From contig DASZSB010000194.1 of NCBI GenBank assembly GCA_035548835.1, positions 13,832 to 77,831 of the forward strand: 64,000 nt of DNA, written 5' to 3'. Every line of letters begins with the position of its first letter. Positions within the stretch are counted from its first letter, which is position 1. Positions 26,738-37,572 of this stretch are shown one piece after another. The notes under the pieces are model-generated. The model was not told where the DNA came from. It made no database searches and worked only from the letters and a program-made list of their open reading frames with translations. The stretch is from Gammaproteobacteria bacterium. GTDB taxonomy: Bacteria > Pseudomonadota > Gammaproteobacteria > Steroidobacterales > Rariloculaceae. Both the position numbers and the translations under genes were made by a program.

Positions 26738-27244
26738 CTATCGCCTCTTACCGCCGACGCCGGGCATGGCCGCCGCTTGCTTCATCCACGCCGCAATCTG
26801 GCGTTCATCGAGGTCATCCGCGGATTCGAATTCCACGCCTCGCGTGGATTTACCCATGGCGACCGGCACCACCGGCGGTACCGGTCTTAGCGTCACGCCG
26901 TTCACGAACATGAGCTTCACGTGTTTCGCGAAACCACCGCAACAGAAGCACCAGCCATCGCCGACGCCATAGTACGACATGCCCCACTTCACGGAGCGCT
27001 GCAGGCCGGGCAGCGTCTTGGCAGCCAGGGCGTCAACGCTTTCGGCAATTCCGCGTTGCGGTTGCGGCAAGCTGGCGATGTAGGCGAAGACCGGTTTGTC
27101 GCCGTTTGCCGCCTTCGCGGAGCTTGCTTTGCCGGTGATCATGGAATCCGGAAGCGTCGCGACAGCTTTGCGCTGTGCCGTCCGGCGCTTGCCCGGTTCC
27201 CGGACTGTGGGCTTGGCCGTCTTGGCTGGCTTGCGGGCGGGCAT
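26738..27244 (-). CDS. DUF1801 (YdhG-like) domain protein with basic N-terminal tail
   Basis: VFAYIASLPQPQRGIAESVDALAAKTLPGLQRSVKWGMSYYG...FAKHVKLMFVNG is a DUF1801-like pattern. The ATG at 27244 is preceded by GGAG. Confidence 0.7.
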   Translation of the reverse strand: MPARKPAKTAKPTVREPGKRRTAQRKAVATLPDSMITGKASSAKAANGDKPVFAYIASLPQPQRGIAESVDALAAKTLPGLQRSVKWGMSYYGVGDGWCFCCGGFAKHVKLMFVNGVTLRPVPPVVPVAMGKSTRGVEFESADDLDERQIAAWMKQAAAMPGVGGKRR

Positions 27245-27467
27245 GGTGGTCTCCTGTATCTTGGCGGTGTGTTGGCCTGACGCCGCGCCGAGCGCGAGTA
27301 GTCGACCACGAGCGCGCGACCTCGATCGCCTCGACCGCCTCGCCGCGAGCGCGCCAAGCCGCCGAGCCCGCGTCCGCAAAGCCGTCGATCAGCAGCGTCG
27401 CAACCCGCGCGATAGGCGCCGGCCCGAATTCTCGGGGGCATGCCGCGCGCTCACACTGGTCGGGCAA
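27245..27467 (-). pseudogene. possible remnant of an unidentified gene (GNAT-like N-terminus?)
   Basis: Roughly the first 50 codons of a frame show strong third-position GC bias (..EFGPAPIARVATLLIDGFADAGSAAWRARGEAVEAIEVARSW..). The only start is a TTG with no SD, and the frame then runs out of phase into the DUF1801 gene. Confidence 0.2.
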
Positions 27468-27470
27468 TCG

Positions 27471-27902
27471 TTATTGGGCGAGCAGCGGCTGCCCCGTATT
27501 CGAGTCGAATCCGGGGAACACGCCGAAAGGGTTCGGCACGCTACTGCTGAAGCCGCCTGCGTCGGGCATCATGGTTCGCCCGCCCGCGCCACCCCCGTAG
27601 TAGTGCGCCAGGTACTCCGCCGTGACGTTCGGCGATGCGAGACTCGCGATCTGCTTGTAGGTCAGGCCGTCGAGCTGCTGCCGATAGGCCGCTGGCGTGA
27701 GGCGCGCCTGCAGATCCTTGAGAACCAGCCCGAACAGCAACGCGCGGTTGTAAGGGAGCGTATCCCGCATCTGCTGCACGGACTCATTGAATCGAGTCTG
27801 ACTGCTCGCGTCGATGCGCAGATTGCGCCATTCGCGCGCACTCACGCCCGTGGCGCACACGACCATCAGTACCGCCAGGGAAGCGACCACAAAACTACGC
27901 AT
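27471..27902 (-). CDS. secreted hypothetical protein
   Basis: The 143 aa product starts at an ATG preceded by GGGAGG. It has a clear signal peptide (MRSFVVASLAVLMVVCATGVSA) and a glycine-rich C-terminal tail. I recognise no family. Confidence 0.65.
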   Translation of the reverse strand: MRSFVVASLAVLMVVCATGVSAREWRNLRIDASSQTRFNESVQQMRDTLPYNRALLFGLVLKDLQARLTPAAYRQQLDGLTYKQIASLASPNVTAEYLAHYYGGGAGGRTMMPDAGGFSSSVPNPFGVFPGFDSNTGQPLLAQ

Positions 27903-28053
27903 GTGACCTCCCGCGTTACGCTTCGAGACCCGGCCTATTCAAGCACTCGGCACCCGGAAAGGCGCGAGGGCCCGGGTGTCAGAATCAGTGTCACGCCAGC
28001 CATGCTGGCCATGCTGGCCACGTTGAGCCACGAACTTCTCGGCAGCGCGATCG

Positions 28054-29760
<1,707 letters not shown>

Positions 29761-29799
29761 GGCCGCGCATTGTCGTTCAAGCGCGGCGCGAAACTCAAT

Positions 29800-32019
29800 T
29801 CATTGGCAGCTCGTGAGCCCCGCGATCCACTGCGTGAGCAGCGCCACGCCGGCCGCGTCCACGACGCTCGACGCCAACGGCGGCATGCCGTTCGCGTCAC
29901 GTCGGTTGGCACGCGCCACGAGCACGGAGTTGGCCGGGCTGCCCGGCGCAACGATGCGCGCGGCGGCGCCAATCCCCAAGTCTCCGGCCTGCGGCGGTGC
30001 GTCGCAGGCGGCCGTGGCGGACAGCAGCGTGGAATAGCGCAGGTCCATGGAGCTCGGCGTGCCGCCGCCGGGCCGGTGGCACTGCGAGCAGTTCGTGTGC
30101 AGATAGGCCCGCGCGCGCTGGCCGATCGGCGCGGTGGTATCCGCGGGGTCCGGCATGGCCGGCTGATTGGCCGGGTCGCCGAGCGGCGTGCTGAACATCG
30201 AGATCGAATCGAGCGTGCGCAGCTCGTTGGCGGTGCGGCCGGTGCTCGCGTAGACGAAGTCGTGGTTCAGCTGCGCGGCTTCCGGGCCGAGCGCGTAGCC
30301 TGCGGCCTGCGTGTGGCAGCGGTTGCACTCGTCGCCGCTGGGATAGCGCCAGCTCTGCCCGCCGATCGTGACGGTCTTGCCGCCAGTGACGAGCGTGGCG
30401 GCGGTCTGCTGCGCGTTCCACTCGTAGGTGTAGCCGGCCCACTCGCCGTCGGGATGGCGCATGAAGAGTCGCGTCTCGATCAGCGCTCCGTTCAGGCGAA
30501 AGTTCTTCACGAGCACGCTGCCGCTCGGGAACGTGAAATCGCCGTCGGCGCCGACGGCAATCGACGTGCCGTTCGGAATCGCGAGCCAGCGGTCCTTCGT
30601 GGCACCGTCGGACCAGAACGCGGCCGCGGGCGCGTACGGGATCAGGCCAGCCGCGGGCTGGCCCGGGTTCTGCGGGTTCACGCAGCCGGTGTCGGCCAGC
30701 GACGTGGGCACGGGCGACGCCGGCGCCGTGCCACCGCCACCGTCCACGATCTTGTACAGCGCACCGCCGTTGAGGTCGACGACGTACAGTTCGCCGTCGT
30801 TGCCCTGGCCGAACGACGCGATGCCGTAACCGGTATCGAGCAGCAGCTCCTTCGTGTAGGCGCCGCCGCTCGGCGCGAGCCGCCAGATGCGGCCGCTGCC
30901 GTAGTCGGCGAACAGATACGCTCCCGCGAGCGCGGGCAAAGCGCTGCCGCGGTACACGTAGCCGCCCGTCACGGAGTTGCCTTCGCTGTGGTCGTAGTCG
31001 ATCACGGGTTCGATCAGGCCCGTGACCGCGGCACACGCCGCGGCAGGTGCGCTGTCGGCGTATGCGTGGGTGCCCTCGCGGCAGTTCCAGCCGTAGTTGC
31101 CACCGCGCACGATCCTGTCGATCTCCTCGTACTGGTTCTGGCCCACGTCGCCCGCCCAGAGCTCGCCGGTGGAGCGGTCGAAGCTCCAGCGCCACGGATT
31201 GCGCACGCCGGACGCGTAGATCTGCTTGCAATTGCCGGCTTTGACGGTGAAGTCGGCCGTGCACATGACACCGCTCGCGGCAAACGGATTGTCGGCCGGG
31301 ATCGTGTATGGCACCGCGCCGTCCACGTTGATGCGCAGGAAGTCGCCGAGCATGTCCTGCGTGTTCTGGGCGTGTCCCTGCGGATCGCCGCCCGAGCCAC
31401 CATCGCCAAAGCCGATGTACAGATTGCCGTCCGGGCCGAACCCGAGGTTGCCGCCGTTGTGGTTGTCGTACGGCTGGTTCAGCTTCAGCACGTCCTGCCG
31501 CGTGCCCGGATTCAGCGTGGCGCCGCCATCCGTGCTCGTGAAGCGCGCGATGACCGACACCATCGGCGAGCCTTCCGTGAACGACACGTAGGCGTAGTGG
31601 TTCGTAGCCCAGCCCGGATGAAACGCCATGCCAAGCAACCCACCTTCGGGGTTGCTGTTCACGGTCAGCGACAGGAAAGTGCTGGCCGTCGCGACGTTCG
31701 CAGTGTTCGCAAACACGCGCACCGCGCCGGTCTTCTCGAGCACGAACCAGCGCGAGTCGTCGCCCGGCGCCTGCAGCATCGCGAGCGGCTGGTTCAGCGC
31801 AACGCCGCCGAACACGCGTTGCAGCGCAATGGTGCTGCCGGCGCCGCTTGCCGTCTTCGCGGGTGCGACGCACGTGGCGTTTGCGGGCCGCGCATCGAGC
31901 CCTGCCGGCGGCGAGCCCGGCGGCGGAGGGTTATTGCTCGACGATCCGCCGCCCCCGCCACCGCAGGCCGTCAGCAACGCACCGACGCACACCAGCAGAT
32001 GGCGACGACGCAAACGCAT
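29800..32019 (-). CDS. PQQ-dependent sugar (sorbosone/glucose) dehydrogenase-like beta-propeller fused to a C-terminal di-heme c domain; lipoprotein
   Basis: It has a lipobox (LLTAC). The propeller motifs (GLLGMAFHP, HNGGNLGFGPDGNLYIGFGDGG, RNPWRWSFD, GDVGQN.YEE) are SGDH-like. The C-terminal region carries CNRCH and CSQCH. The start is uncertain: 32019 or 32040. Confidence 0.8.
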   Translation of the reverse strand: MRLRRRHLLVCVGALLTACGGGGGGSSSNNPPPPGSPPAGLDARPANATCVAPAKTASGAGSTIALQRVFGGVALNQPLAMLQAPGDDSRWFVLEKTGAVRVFANTANVATASTFLSLTVNSNPEGGLLGMAFHPGWATNHYAYVSFTEGSPMVSVIARFTSTDGGATLNPGTRQDVLKLNQPYDNHNGGNLGFGPDGNLYIGFGDGGSGGDPQGHAQNTQDMLGDFLRINVDGAVPYTIPADNPFAASGVMCTADFTVKAGNCKQIYASGVRNPWRWSFDRSTGELWAGDVGQNQYEEIDRIVRGGNYGWNCREGTHAYADSAPAAACAAVTGLIEPVIDYDHSEGNSVTGGYVYRGSALPALAGAYLFADYGSGRIWRLAPSGGAYTKELLLDTGYGIASFGQGNDGELYVVDLNGGALYKIVDGGGGTAPASPVPTSLADTGCVNPQNPGQPAAGLIPYAPAAAFWSDGATKDRWLAIPNGTSIAVGADGDFTFPSGSVLVKNFRLNGALIETRLFMRHPDGEWAGYTYEWNAQQTAATLVTGGKTVTIGGQSWRYPSGDECNRCHTQAAGYALGPEAAQLNHDFVYASTGRTANELRTLDSISMFSTPLGDPANQPAMPDPADTTAPIGQRARAYLHTNCSQCHRPGGGTPSSMDLRYSTLLSATAACDAPPQAGDLGIGAAARIVAPGSPANSVLVARANRRDANGMPPLASSVVDAAGVALLTQWIAGLTSCQ

Positions 32020-32173
32020 GGTGTGATTCAGCCCAATCATCCCCGATTCATGCTGCGCATCCGCGCCGGCGAAAACAAGCGGTTTCACCGTCGGCATTCG
32101 CAGACATCGCGGCGCGCGGCAGCCCCGCCCGGCGCCTTGACCCACGGCAGCGGCTCTGCAAAGGTTCCGGCTC

Positions 32174-33730
32174 ATGCACGCCCAGCGTTACGTCAACGCC
32201 GCCTTCGCCGCCTCGCTCGTAGTGTTCGCCGCCTGCACGATCAATCCGGTGACGGGCAACCGCGAGCTCGCGCTGATCTCGGCGGATCAGGAGATCGCGA
32301 TCGGCCAGGAGCAGTACGCGCCGTCGCAGCAGATGCAGGGCGGCGACTACTCGCTCGATCCTGCGCTCACGGCCTACGTGCGCGGCGTGGGCGCGAAGCT
32401 CGCGGCCGTCAGCGACCGCTCGCTGCCGTACGAATTCGTGGTGCTGAACAACTCGGTGCCGAACGCCTGGGCGCTGCCCGGCGGCAAGATCGCCGTGAAC
32501 CGCGGCCTGCTGACGGAGCTCAACTCCGAGGCCGAGCTCGCGGCCGTGCTGGGCCACGAGATCGTGCACGCGGCCGCGCGCCACGGTGCCATTGCCATGC
32601 AGCGCGGCCTGCTGCTCGGCGTGGTGGTCTCCGGCGTGCAGGTCGCCGCGCGCGGCGGCAACTTCGCCGGACTCGCCGTCGGCGCGGCCAGCGTGGGCGC
32701 GCAGCTGATCTCGCAGCGCAACAGCCGCGAGAACGAGCTCGAGGCGGACCAGTACGGCATGCAGTACATGGCGCGCGCGGGCTACGACCCGAGCGCCGCG
32801 GTCGCGCTGCAGGAGACCTTCGTGCGGATCTCGCAGCAATCCGGCGGCGAGCAGGGCCGCCTCGCGGCGCTGTTCGCGAGCCATCCGCCCTCCACGGAGC
32901 GCGTGGAGAAGAACCGCGCCACGGCCGCGACGCTGCCGAAGGGCGGCGACGTGGGCCGCGAGCGCTATCAGGCCGCCACCGCCGCTCTGCGCCAGCGGCA
33001 GCCGGCCTACGACGCCTACGACAAGGGCCGCGCGGCGCTCGCGGACAACAAACCGGCCGACGCCGAACGCTTCGCACAGGAAGCCGTGCGACTGCTGCCC
33101 GCGGAAGCGCAGTTCCACGCGCTGCAGGGCGACATCGCGCTGCAGCAGAAGCGCTACGACGAAGCCGTGCGCCACTACGGCGACGCCGTCGCCCGCAACG
33201 ATCGTTTCTTCTACTACCACCTGCAGAAGGGCATCGCGCACCGGCAGCTGCGTCAGTGGGACCCGGCGCGCACCGAGCTCGAACGCAGCGTGCAGCTGCT
33301 GCCGACCGCAGAGGGCTACTACGCGCTCGGCGTCGTCGCCGAGCAGCGCGGCGATCGGGCGGCGGCGCTCGAGCACTACGCGCGCGCGGCGCAATCGTCG
33401 GGCGCCGCGGGCCAGGCGGCGCAGGAGGCGGCCGTGCGACTCGACCTGCCGGCGAACCCCGGCAAGTACCTGGCGGCGCGGGGGACTCTGGACAGCAACG
33501 GCCAGCTGATCGTCGAAGTCGGCAACCCCACGCACATGGCGGTGACGGACGTGGTCGTCAGGGTGCGCTACGCCGACGCGCAGGGCACGATTCGCGAGCA
33601 GAGCCGCACGCTCGCGGGCCCGCTGCCAGCGGGTCAGACGCAGCGGCTGGCGACGGGGCTCGGGCCCTTCGCGCCGACCGCCACGCTCGAGGTCACGGTG
33701 ACGGCGGCCAGGCTGCCGCAGAGCCCGTAG
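32174..33730 (+). CDS. M48-family zinc metalloprotease with TPR repeats (BepA/YfgC-like lipoprotein)
   Basis: It has a lipobox (VFAAC) and an HEXXH motif in AAVLGHEIVHAAARHG. TPR-like repeats occupy the C-terminal half. Confidence 0.85.
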   Translation: MHAQRYVNAAFAASLVVFAACTINPVTGNRELALISADQEIAIGQEQYAPSQQMQGGDYSLDPALTAYVRGVGAKLAAVSDRSLPYEFVVLNNSVPNAWALPGGKIAVNRGLLTELNSEAELAAVLGHEIVHAAARHGAIAMQRGLLLGVVVSGVQVAARGGNFAGLAVGAASVGAQLISQRNSRENELEADQYGMQYMARAGYDPSAAVALQETFVRISQQSGGEQGRLAALFASHPPSTERVEKNRATAATLPKGGDVGRERYQAATAALRQRQPAYDAYDKGRAALADNKPADAERFAQEAVRLLPAEAQFHALQGDIALQQKRYDEAVRHYGDAVARNDRFFYYHLQKGIAHRQLRQWDPARTELERSVQLLPTAEGYYALGVVAEQRGDRAAALEHYARAAQSSGAAGQAAQEAAVRLDLPANPGKYLAARGTLDSNGQLIVEVGNPTHMAVTDVVVRVRYADAQGTIREQSRTLAGPLPAGQTQRLATGLGPFAPTATLEVTVTAARLPQSP

Positions 33731-34432
33731 CTACTCGGCCATCAGGCTGACGATCTGATCCAGCTTGAACGTGTAGCTGCGGCAGCCCGGGCGCAGCACG
33801 TCCGAGTCCGTCCAGCCCTGATAGCGCGAGCGGCGCAGTGCGGCCAGGATCGGCTCGCGGAAGATCTCGTCGGACAGCTCGATCAGCTCCGGCCGCTGGA
33901 TGACGCCGTTCGAATCGACGAAGAAACACGTCACGGCGTACCCCTGCTTGGCCTGACGAATGGCCTGCACCGGGTAGTACGGGGTCGCAGTGGTCACGGG
34001 CACGAGCGGCGGCAACGGCCGGCCCGTCGGCGCAACCGCGGGCGGCACCTCGCCCGAATCGAGCGCGGAGCACCACCAGCCGCCGACGTTCGCGAACGTG
34101 CGCCAGCCGCCCCCGAGCGTGGGCTGCCGCAGATCCGCGTTGAACTGCCGGCCCGTCTGCGGATCGCTGAACTCGAGCCGGCTGCCCTCCTGGAACCAGC
34201 CGGTCAACGCACTCCACGGGCTCGTGCGGTCCGCCTCGATGCGCGCGATGTGGGCCGCACCGCCGGATGCGAAATGCAGCAGCACGCGCTGATCGCCGAA
34301 ATCCGGGCGTCCGTAGAGCACGCAGCCCCACGTGCCGACGGGATCGATGCGCTCGGCCCGGGCGCTGCCCGGGACGGCCGCGGCGAGCAGCATCGCAAGG
34401 ACCACGAACGTGAACGCGCCGGCTGCGCGCAT
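33731..34432 (-). CDS. secreted protein with C-terminal TonB-C-like domain
   Basis: It has a signal peptide, a proline-rich linker (PPAVAPTGRPLPPLVP), then PYYPVQAIRQAKQGYAVTCFFVDSNGVIQRPELIE...AALRRSRYQ, a TonB C-terminal pattern. Its start overlaps the upstream stop (TAATG). Confidence 0.6.
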   Translation of the reverse strand: MRAAGAFTFVVLAMLLAAAVPGSARAERIDPVGTWGCVLYGRPDFGDQRVLLHFASGGAAHIARIEADRTSPWSALTGWFQEGSRLEFSDPQTGRQFNADLRQPTLGGGWRTFANVGGWWCSALDSGEVPPAVAPTGRPLPPLVPVTTATPYYPVQAIRQAKQGYAVTCFFVDSNGVIQRPELIELSDEIFREPILAALRRSRYQGWTDSDVLRPGCRSYTFKLDQIVSLMAE

Positions 34433-34947
34433 TACTGATGCTCCTCGACGGTGACGCTCGGCTGCAGCGTGCTCTCGTTGATCATGCCGCGAATCGTGGT
34501 CATCGTGCGTGCGCTCGGATTGATGGCTACTGCCCTCTCGAGATCCGCATTGGCGCGGCGATACTGCTTCTTCTTGTAGTAGGCGTAGGAGCGGTTGTTG
34601 TAAGCGTGCCAGTTCTGATCGTTGATCTGCAGCGCTTCGGTGCAGGTCCTGATCGCGAGATCGAGCTCACCCTTCGCGGCATAGGCCGCGCACAGATTCG
34701 AGAGGCCGGCGGCGCGGTCGCGCGTCGAGCCGGGCCGCGCGAGGCCGAGCTTCGTCAGGCGAATGCCGTCGTCGTACTGTTGCGCGCGGATGGCTTCGGC
34801 GCCGGCGGCGAGAAACTCGTTGCCCACACCGATCACGGTGCGACTGTCCGCGCTGGGCTTGGAGGGGTCCTGAAGCTGCGCAGGCTGGCCCGACGTGGCG
34901 CTCGCCACGCAATACACGGCTAGACCGCAGATGACCCAGCGCGCCAC
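34432..34947 (-). CDS. tetratricopeptide-repeat protein, secreted
   Basis: It has TPR-like helices (AIRAQQYDDGIRLTKLGL..., AYNNRSYAYYKKKQYRRANADLERAVAINP). I prefer the second GTG (34947), which is preceded by GGAGGAG, over the ORF-track start at 34962. Confidence 0.7.
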   Translation of the reverse strand: MARWVICGLAVYCVASATSGQPAQLQDPSKPSADSRTVIGVGNEFLAAGAEAIRAQQYDDGIRLTKLGLARPGSTRDRAAGLSNLCAAYAAKGELDLAIRTCTEALQINDQNWHAYNNRSYAYYKKKQYRRANADLERAVAINPSARTMTTIRGMINESTLQPSVTVEEHQ

Positions 34948-34976
34948 GTTACTCTCCTCCACGTTAGTATAGTACC

Positions 34977-36176
34977 GTGACCGAAGTCGCCGAAGCAGAA
35001 GCCCTGATCCTGGCCCACATGCCCCGGTTCGCGGCCCGCGAAGAGCCGCTGGCCGCCTGCGTGGACCGCGTGCTGGCGGAGGACATTGCGGCCGAGCGCG
35101 ACCAGCCGCCGTTCGACCGGGTGACCATGGACGGCATCGCCGTGGCCTTCCGTGAGTGGCAGGACGGCCGCCGGAAGTTCACGGTGGCCGGCACCCAGCC
35201 GGCCGGCGCGCCGCCCATGGCGGTGACCGGGCCCGGCCAGTGCGTGGAAGTCATGACAGGCACTGCCCTGCCGCAGGGCACCGACACCGTGATCCCGGTG
35301 GAGCGCATTACGCGCACGGGACCCGCGGCCGAAGTCGGCGCAGACGCCGTCGTCAAAGAGAATCAGTTCGTGCACCGGCGCGGCAGCGACCGTCTGGCCG
35401 GCGCTCCGGTGCTGCGCGCCGGCACGCGCCTCGGCCCGCCCGAGATCGCCGTGCTGGCTGGAGCCGGCCGCGCCACCGCCCGGGTGACCGAGCTGCCGCG
35501 GGTCGCCGTGATCTCCACGGGCGACGAGCTCGTCGACGCCGGCAAGCCCATCGCGGCCCACCAGATCCGCTCCACGAACGACCGCGCGATCGAGGCCAGC
35601 CTCGCGCGGCACCGGCTCGGCACGGTCACGCGCGCGCGGCTGCGCGACGACGCCAATGCGCTCGCGGTCGCCATCGACCGGCTCGATACCGAGCTCGACG
35701 CGCTCGTGCTGAGCGGCGGCGTGTCGATGGGTCAGTTCGACTTCGTGCCGTCGGTGCTGGAGGAGCTCGGCGCGAAGCTCGTGCTGCACAAGATCGAGCA
35801 GCGGCCGGGGCGGCCGATGTGGTTCGGCGTCAGCGCGCGCAGCAAGCCGATCTTCGCGCTGCCGGGCAATCCCGTGTCCACGCTCGTGTGCGCCACGCGC
35901 TATCTGCTGCCGGCACTGCGGGCGGCCTCCGGTCTCGCGCCAGCGCCGCCGGAGCTCGTGGAGCTCGCGGCCCCCGTCGAGGCGTCGCCGACGCTGACGA
36001 TGTTCGTTCCCGTGACGCTCTCGTGGTCCAAGCGCGGGGCCGCGCTCGCGCAGCCGCATCCGACGAACACGTCGGGCGACTTCGTGACACTGGCCGGCAC
36101 GGAGGGATTCGTGGAGCTCGCCGCGAAGCGCGGCAGCTACGCCGCGGGCACCGTGGCGCGTCTCTTCCGCTGGTGA
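34977..36176 (+). CDS. moeA: molybdopterin molybdotransferase
   Basis: PPFDRVTMDGIAV, VISTGDELV, LSGGVSMGQFDFV and FALPGNPVS are MoeA signature motifs. It starts at a GTG. Confidence 0.9.
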   Translation: MTEVAEAEALILAHMPRFAAREEPLAACVDRVLAEDIAAERDQPPFDRVTMDGIAVAFREWQDGRRKFTVAGTQPAGAPPMAVTGPGQCVEVMTGTALPQGTDTVIPVERITRTGPAAEVGADAVVKENQFVHRRGSDRLAGAPVLRAGTRLGPPEIAVLAGAGRATARVTELPRVAVISTGDELVDAGKPIAAHQIRSTNDRAIEASLARHRLGTVTRARLRDDANALAVAIDRLDTELDALVLSGGVSMGQFDFVPSVLEELGAKLVLHKIEQRPGRPMWFGVSARSKPIFALPGNPVSTLVCATRYLLPALRAASGLAPAPPELVELAAPVEASPTLTMFVPVTLSWSKRGAALAQPHPTNTSGDFVTLAGTEGFVELAAKRGSYAAGTVARLFRW

Positions 36177-36183
36177 GCGGCGG

Positions 36184-37320
36184 CTAGAACCAGAACGACA
36201 CGAACAGCTGGAAGACGTCCGCGTCGAAGCTGTACAACGGCTCGGTGCCGGCGGCGACCCCACGCGTGCGCAGGTCGCGGAAATCCTTGTAGTCGAACAT
36301 CATGTGATCGAGGATCACGTTCAACGTGCCTTTGTCGATGAACTTCCAGCCGCTGCGCACGATGTCGTAGGTTGCGCCGAGGCTCAGCGACTGGCTCGTG
36401 AACGTGCTGAGCTCCTTGTCGCGCGCGAGGAAATTCTGATAGTTCACGCGCGGGAACAGATCGCTGTAGAAATCGCCCTTGGTCTGCGAGTAGTTGCGGA
36501 TCTTGCCTTCGAACGTCCAGTGATCGACGGGGTGCGTATACCCGATCTCGAAGGTCCCGCTCTTCACGCCCCAGGTGTCGTGATAGTCGCGATACTCGGC
36601 CGACAGCGCGGCGCGATACGGCAGGAAATAGCGCATGCGCAGCGCGGCGGCGTCGCTCGTATGCGTGCGCGGATAGATTTCGCGCTGGTAGCTGTAGCCG
36701 AGCGGACTGCCCGGGTCGGCGTAACGCACCTGCCGGTACGGGTTGTTCAGAAAACCTTCGTCCGTGATCGTCTCGAACGAGAGGCCCACGAGCAGGTTCT
36801 TCGTCAGGATCTGCGAGACGCCGAGCCGGTAGCTCTGCGTCTTGACGGTGTCGTGGAACGTGGGATCGCCGCGACGACGCACCTCGTTGTTGCCGAGCGA
36901 ATACCCCAGCGAGATCGTCGTCAGATCGCCGAACACGTCCTGGCTCACGCCGAACGTGAACGTGTTCGCCGTGTAGTCGTTCTCGACGCTGTTGATGACG
37001 CCGATGTTCATCGTCCAGCGGTCGTGCAGGTAATCGAGCCCGATCGACTTCTGCGTGCGCTCTTCCTTGTATGGGCTCGCCGTCGTGATGACGTCGATGG
37101 ACGCGCTCGACACCTGGTCGACGTAGTAGTTGGCCGAGACCGAGAACTTCTGCGCGAACTGCTTGCGAACGAGCACCGAGGGGCCCTGGATCGTCACGCC
37201 GCCGCCGTCGTAGCGGTGCATCAGCACGTCGATGCGGTCCTCCGGCAGCACGCCGGCCACGCCGGCACGTGCGACCGCCATGAGCACCAGACCGAAGACG
37301 ACTCCGCGTATCACGTGCAC
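36184..37320 (-). CDS. DUF3570-like outer-membrane beta-barrel protein
   Basis: It shows an alternating beta-strand pattern and a terminal aromatic residue (FVSFWF). YDGGGVTIQGPSVLVRK... resembles DUF3570. It is paired with a DUF4266-like gene 1 nt upstream. The GTG start at 37320 is uncertain. Confidence 0.7.
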   Translation of the reverse strand: MHVIRGVVFGLVLMAVARAGVAGVLPEDRIDVLMHRYDGGGVTIQGPSVLVRKQFAQKFSVSANYYVDQVSSASIDVITTASPYKEERTQKSIGLDYLHDRWTMNIGVINSVENDYTANTFTFGVSQDVFGDLTTISLGYSLGNNEVRRRGDPTFHDTVKTQSYRLGVSQILTKNLLVGLSFETITDEGFLNNPYRQVRYADPGSPLGYSYQREIYPRTHTSDAAALRMRYFLPYRAALSAEYRDYHDTWGVKSGTFEIGYTHPVDHWTFEGKIRNYSQTKGDFYSDLFPRVNYQNFLARDKELSTFTSQSLSLGATYDIVRSGWKFIDKGTLNVILDHMMFDYKDFRDLRTRGVAAGTEPLYSFDADVFQLFVSFWF

Positions 37321-37321
37321 C

Positions 37322-37567
37322 TCAGTTGCAGCCGCAGCCGCCGCCCGCGCCGCCGGTCGCGCCACGGGCGCCTTCGCGCGCGTCGTGAACGTGATCGATG
37401 TACGAGCTCGACACCGGATTGCGGTCGAGCGACATGATCGGGTCGGCCATGTGATCGCGCTCGTAGGGCTTCACCCAGGGCTCGATGCTGCAACCGCCGA
37501 GCACGCCGCAAGCCAGCGCCGCCAGAGCGACGCCCGCACCCGCACGACGAACGTGGAGCATGGACAT
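37322..37567 (-). CDS. DUF4266-like small lipoprotein
   Basis: The 81 aa product has a lipobox (VLGGC) and the characteristic C-terminal GGGCGCN that I associate with DUF4266. Confidence 0.7.
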   Translation of the reverse strand: MSMLHVRRAGAGVALAALACGVLGGCSIEPWVKPYERDHMADPIMSLDRNPVSSSYIDHVHDAREGARGATGGAGGGCGCN

Positions 37568-37572
37568 GGGAA

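Noticed and set aside
27488-27515. tRNA T-arm-like string (TTCGAGTCGAATCCGGGG)
   Set aside because: It lies inside the well-supported secreted-protein CDS (27471-27902). No acceptor stem, D-arm or anticodon arm can be built around it. I found no tRNA or rRNA genes in the window.
28001-28018. Tandem duplication CATGCTGGC CATGCTGGC downstream of glnS
   Set aside because: It is only two copies of a 9-mer, with no spacer-repeat architecture. It is not a CRISPR array or a meaningful tandem repeat. A nearby CACCCGG...CCGGGTG hairpin lacks a U-run on the glnS strand, so I did not call a terminator.
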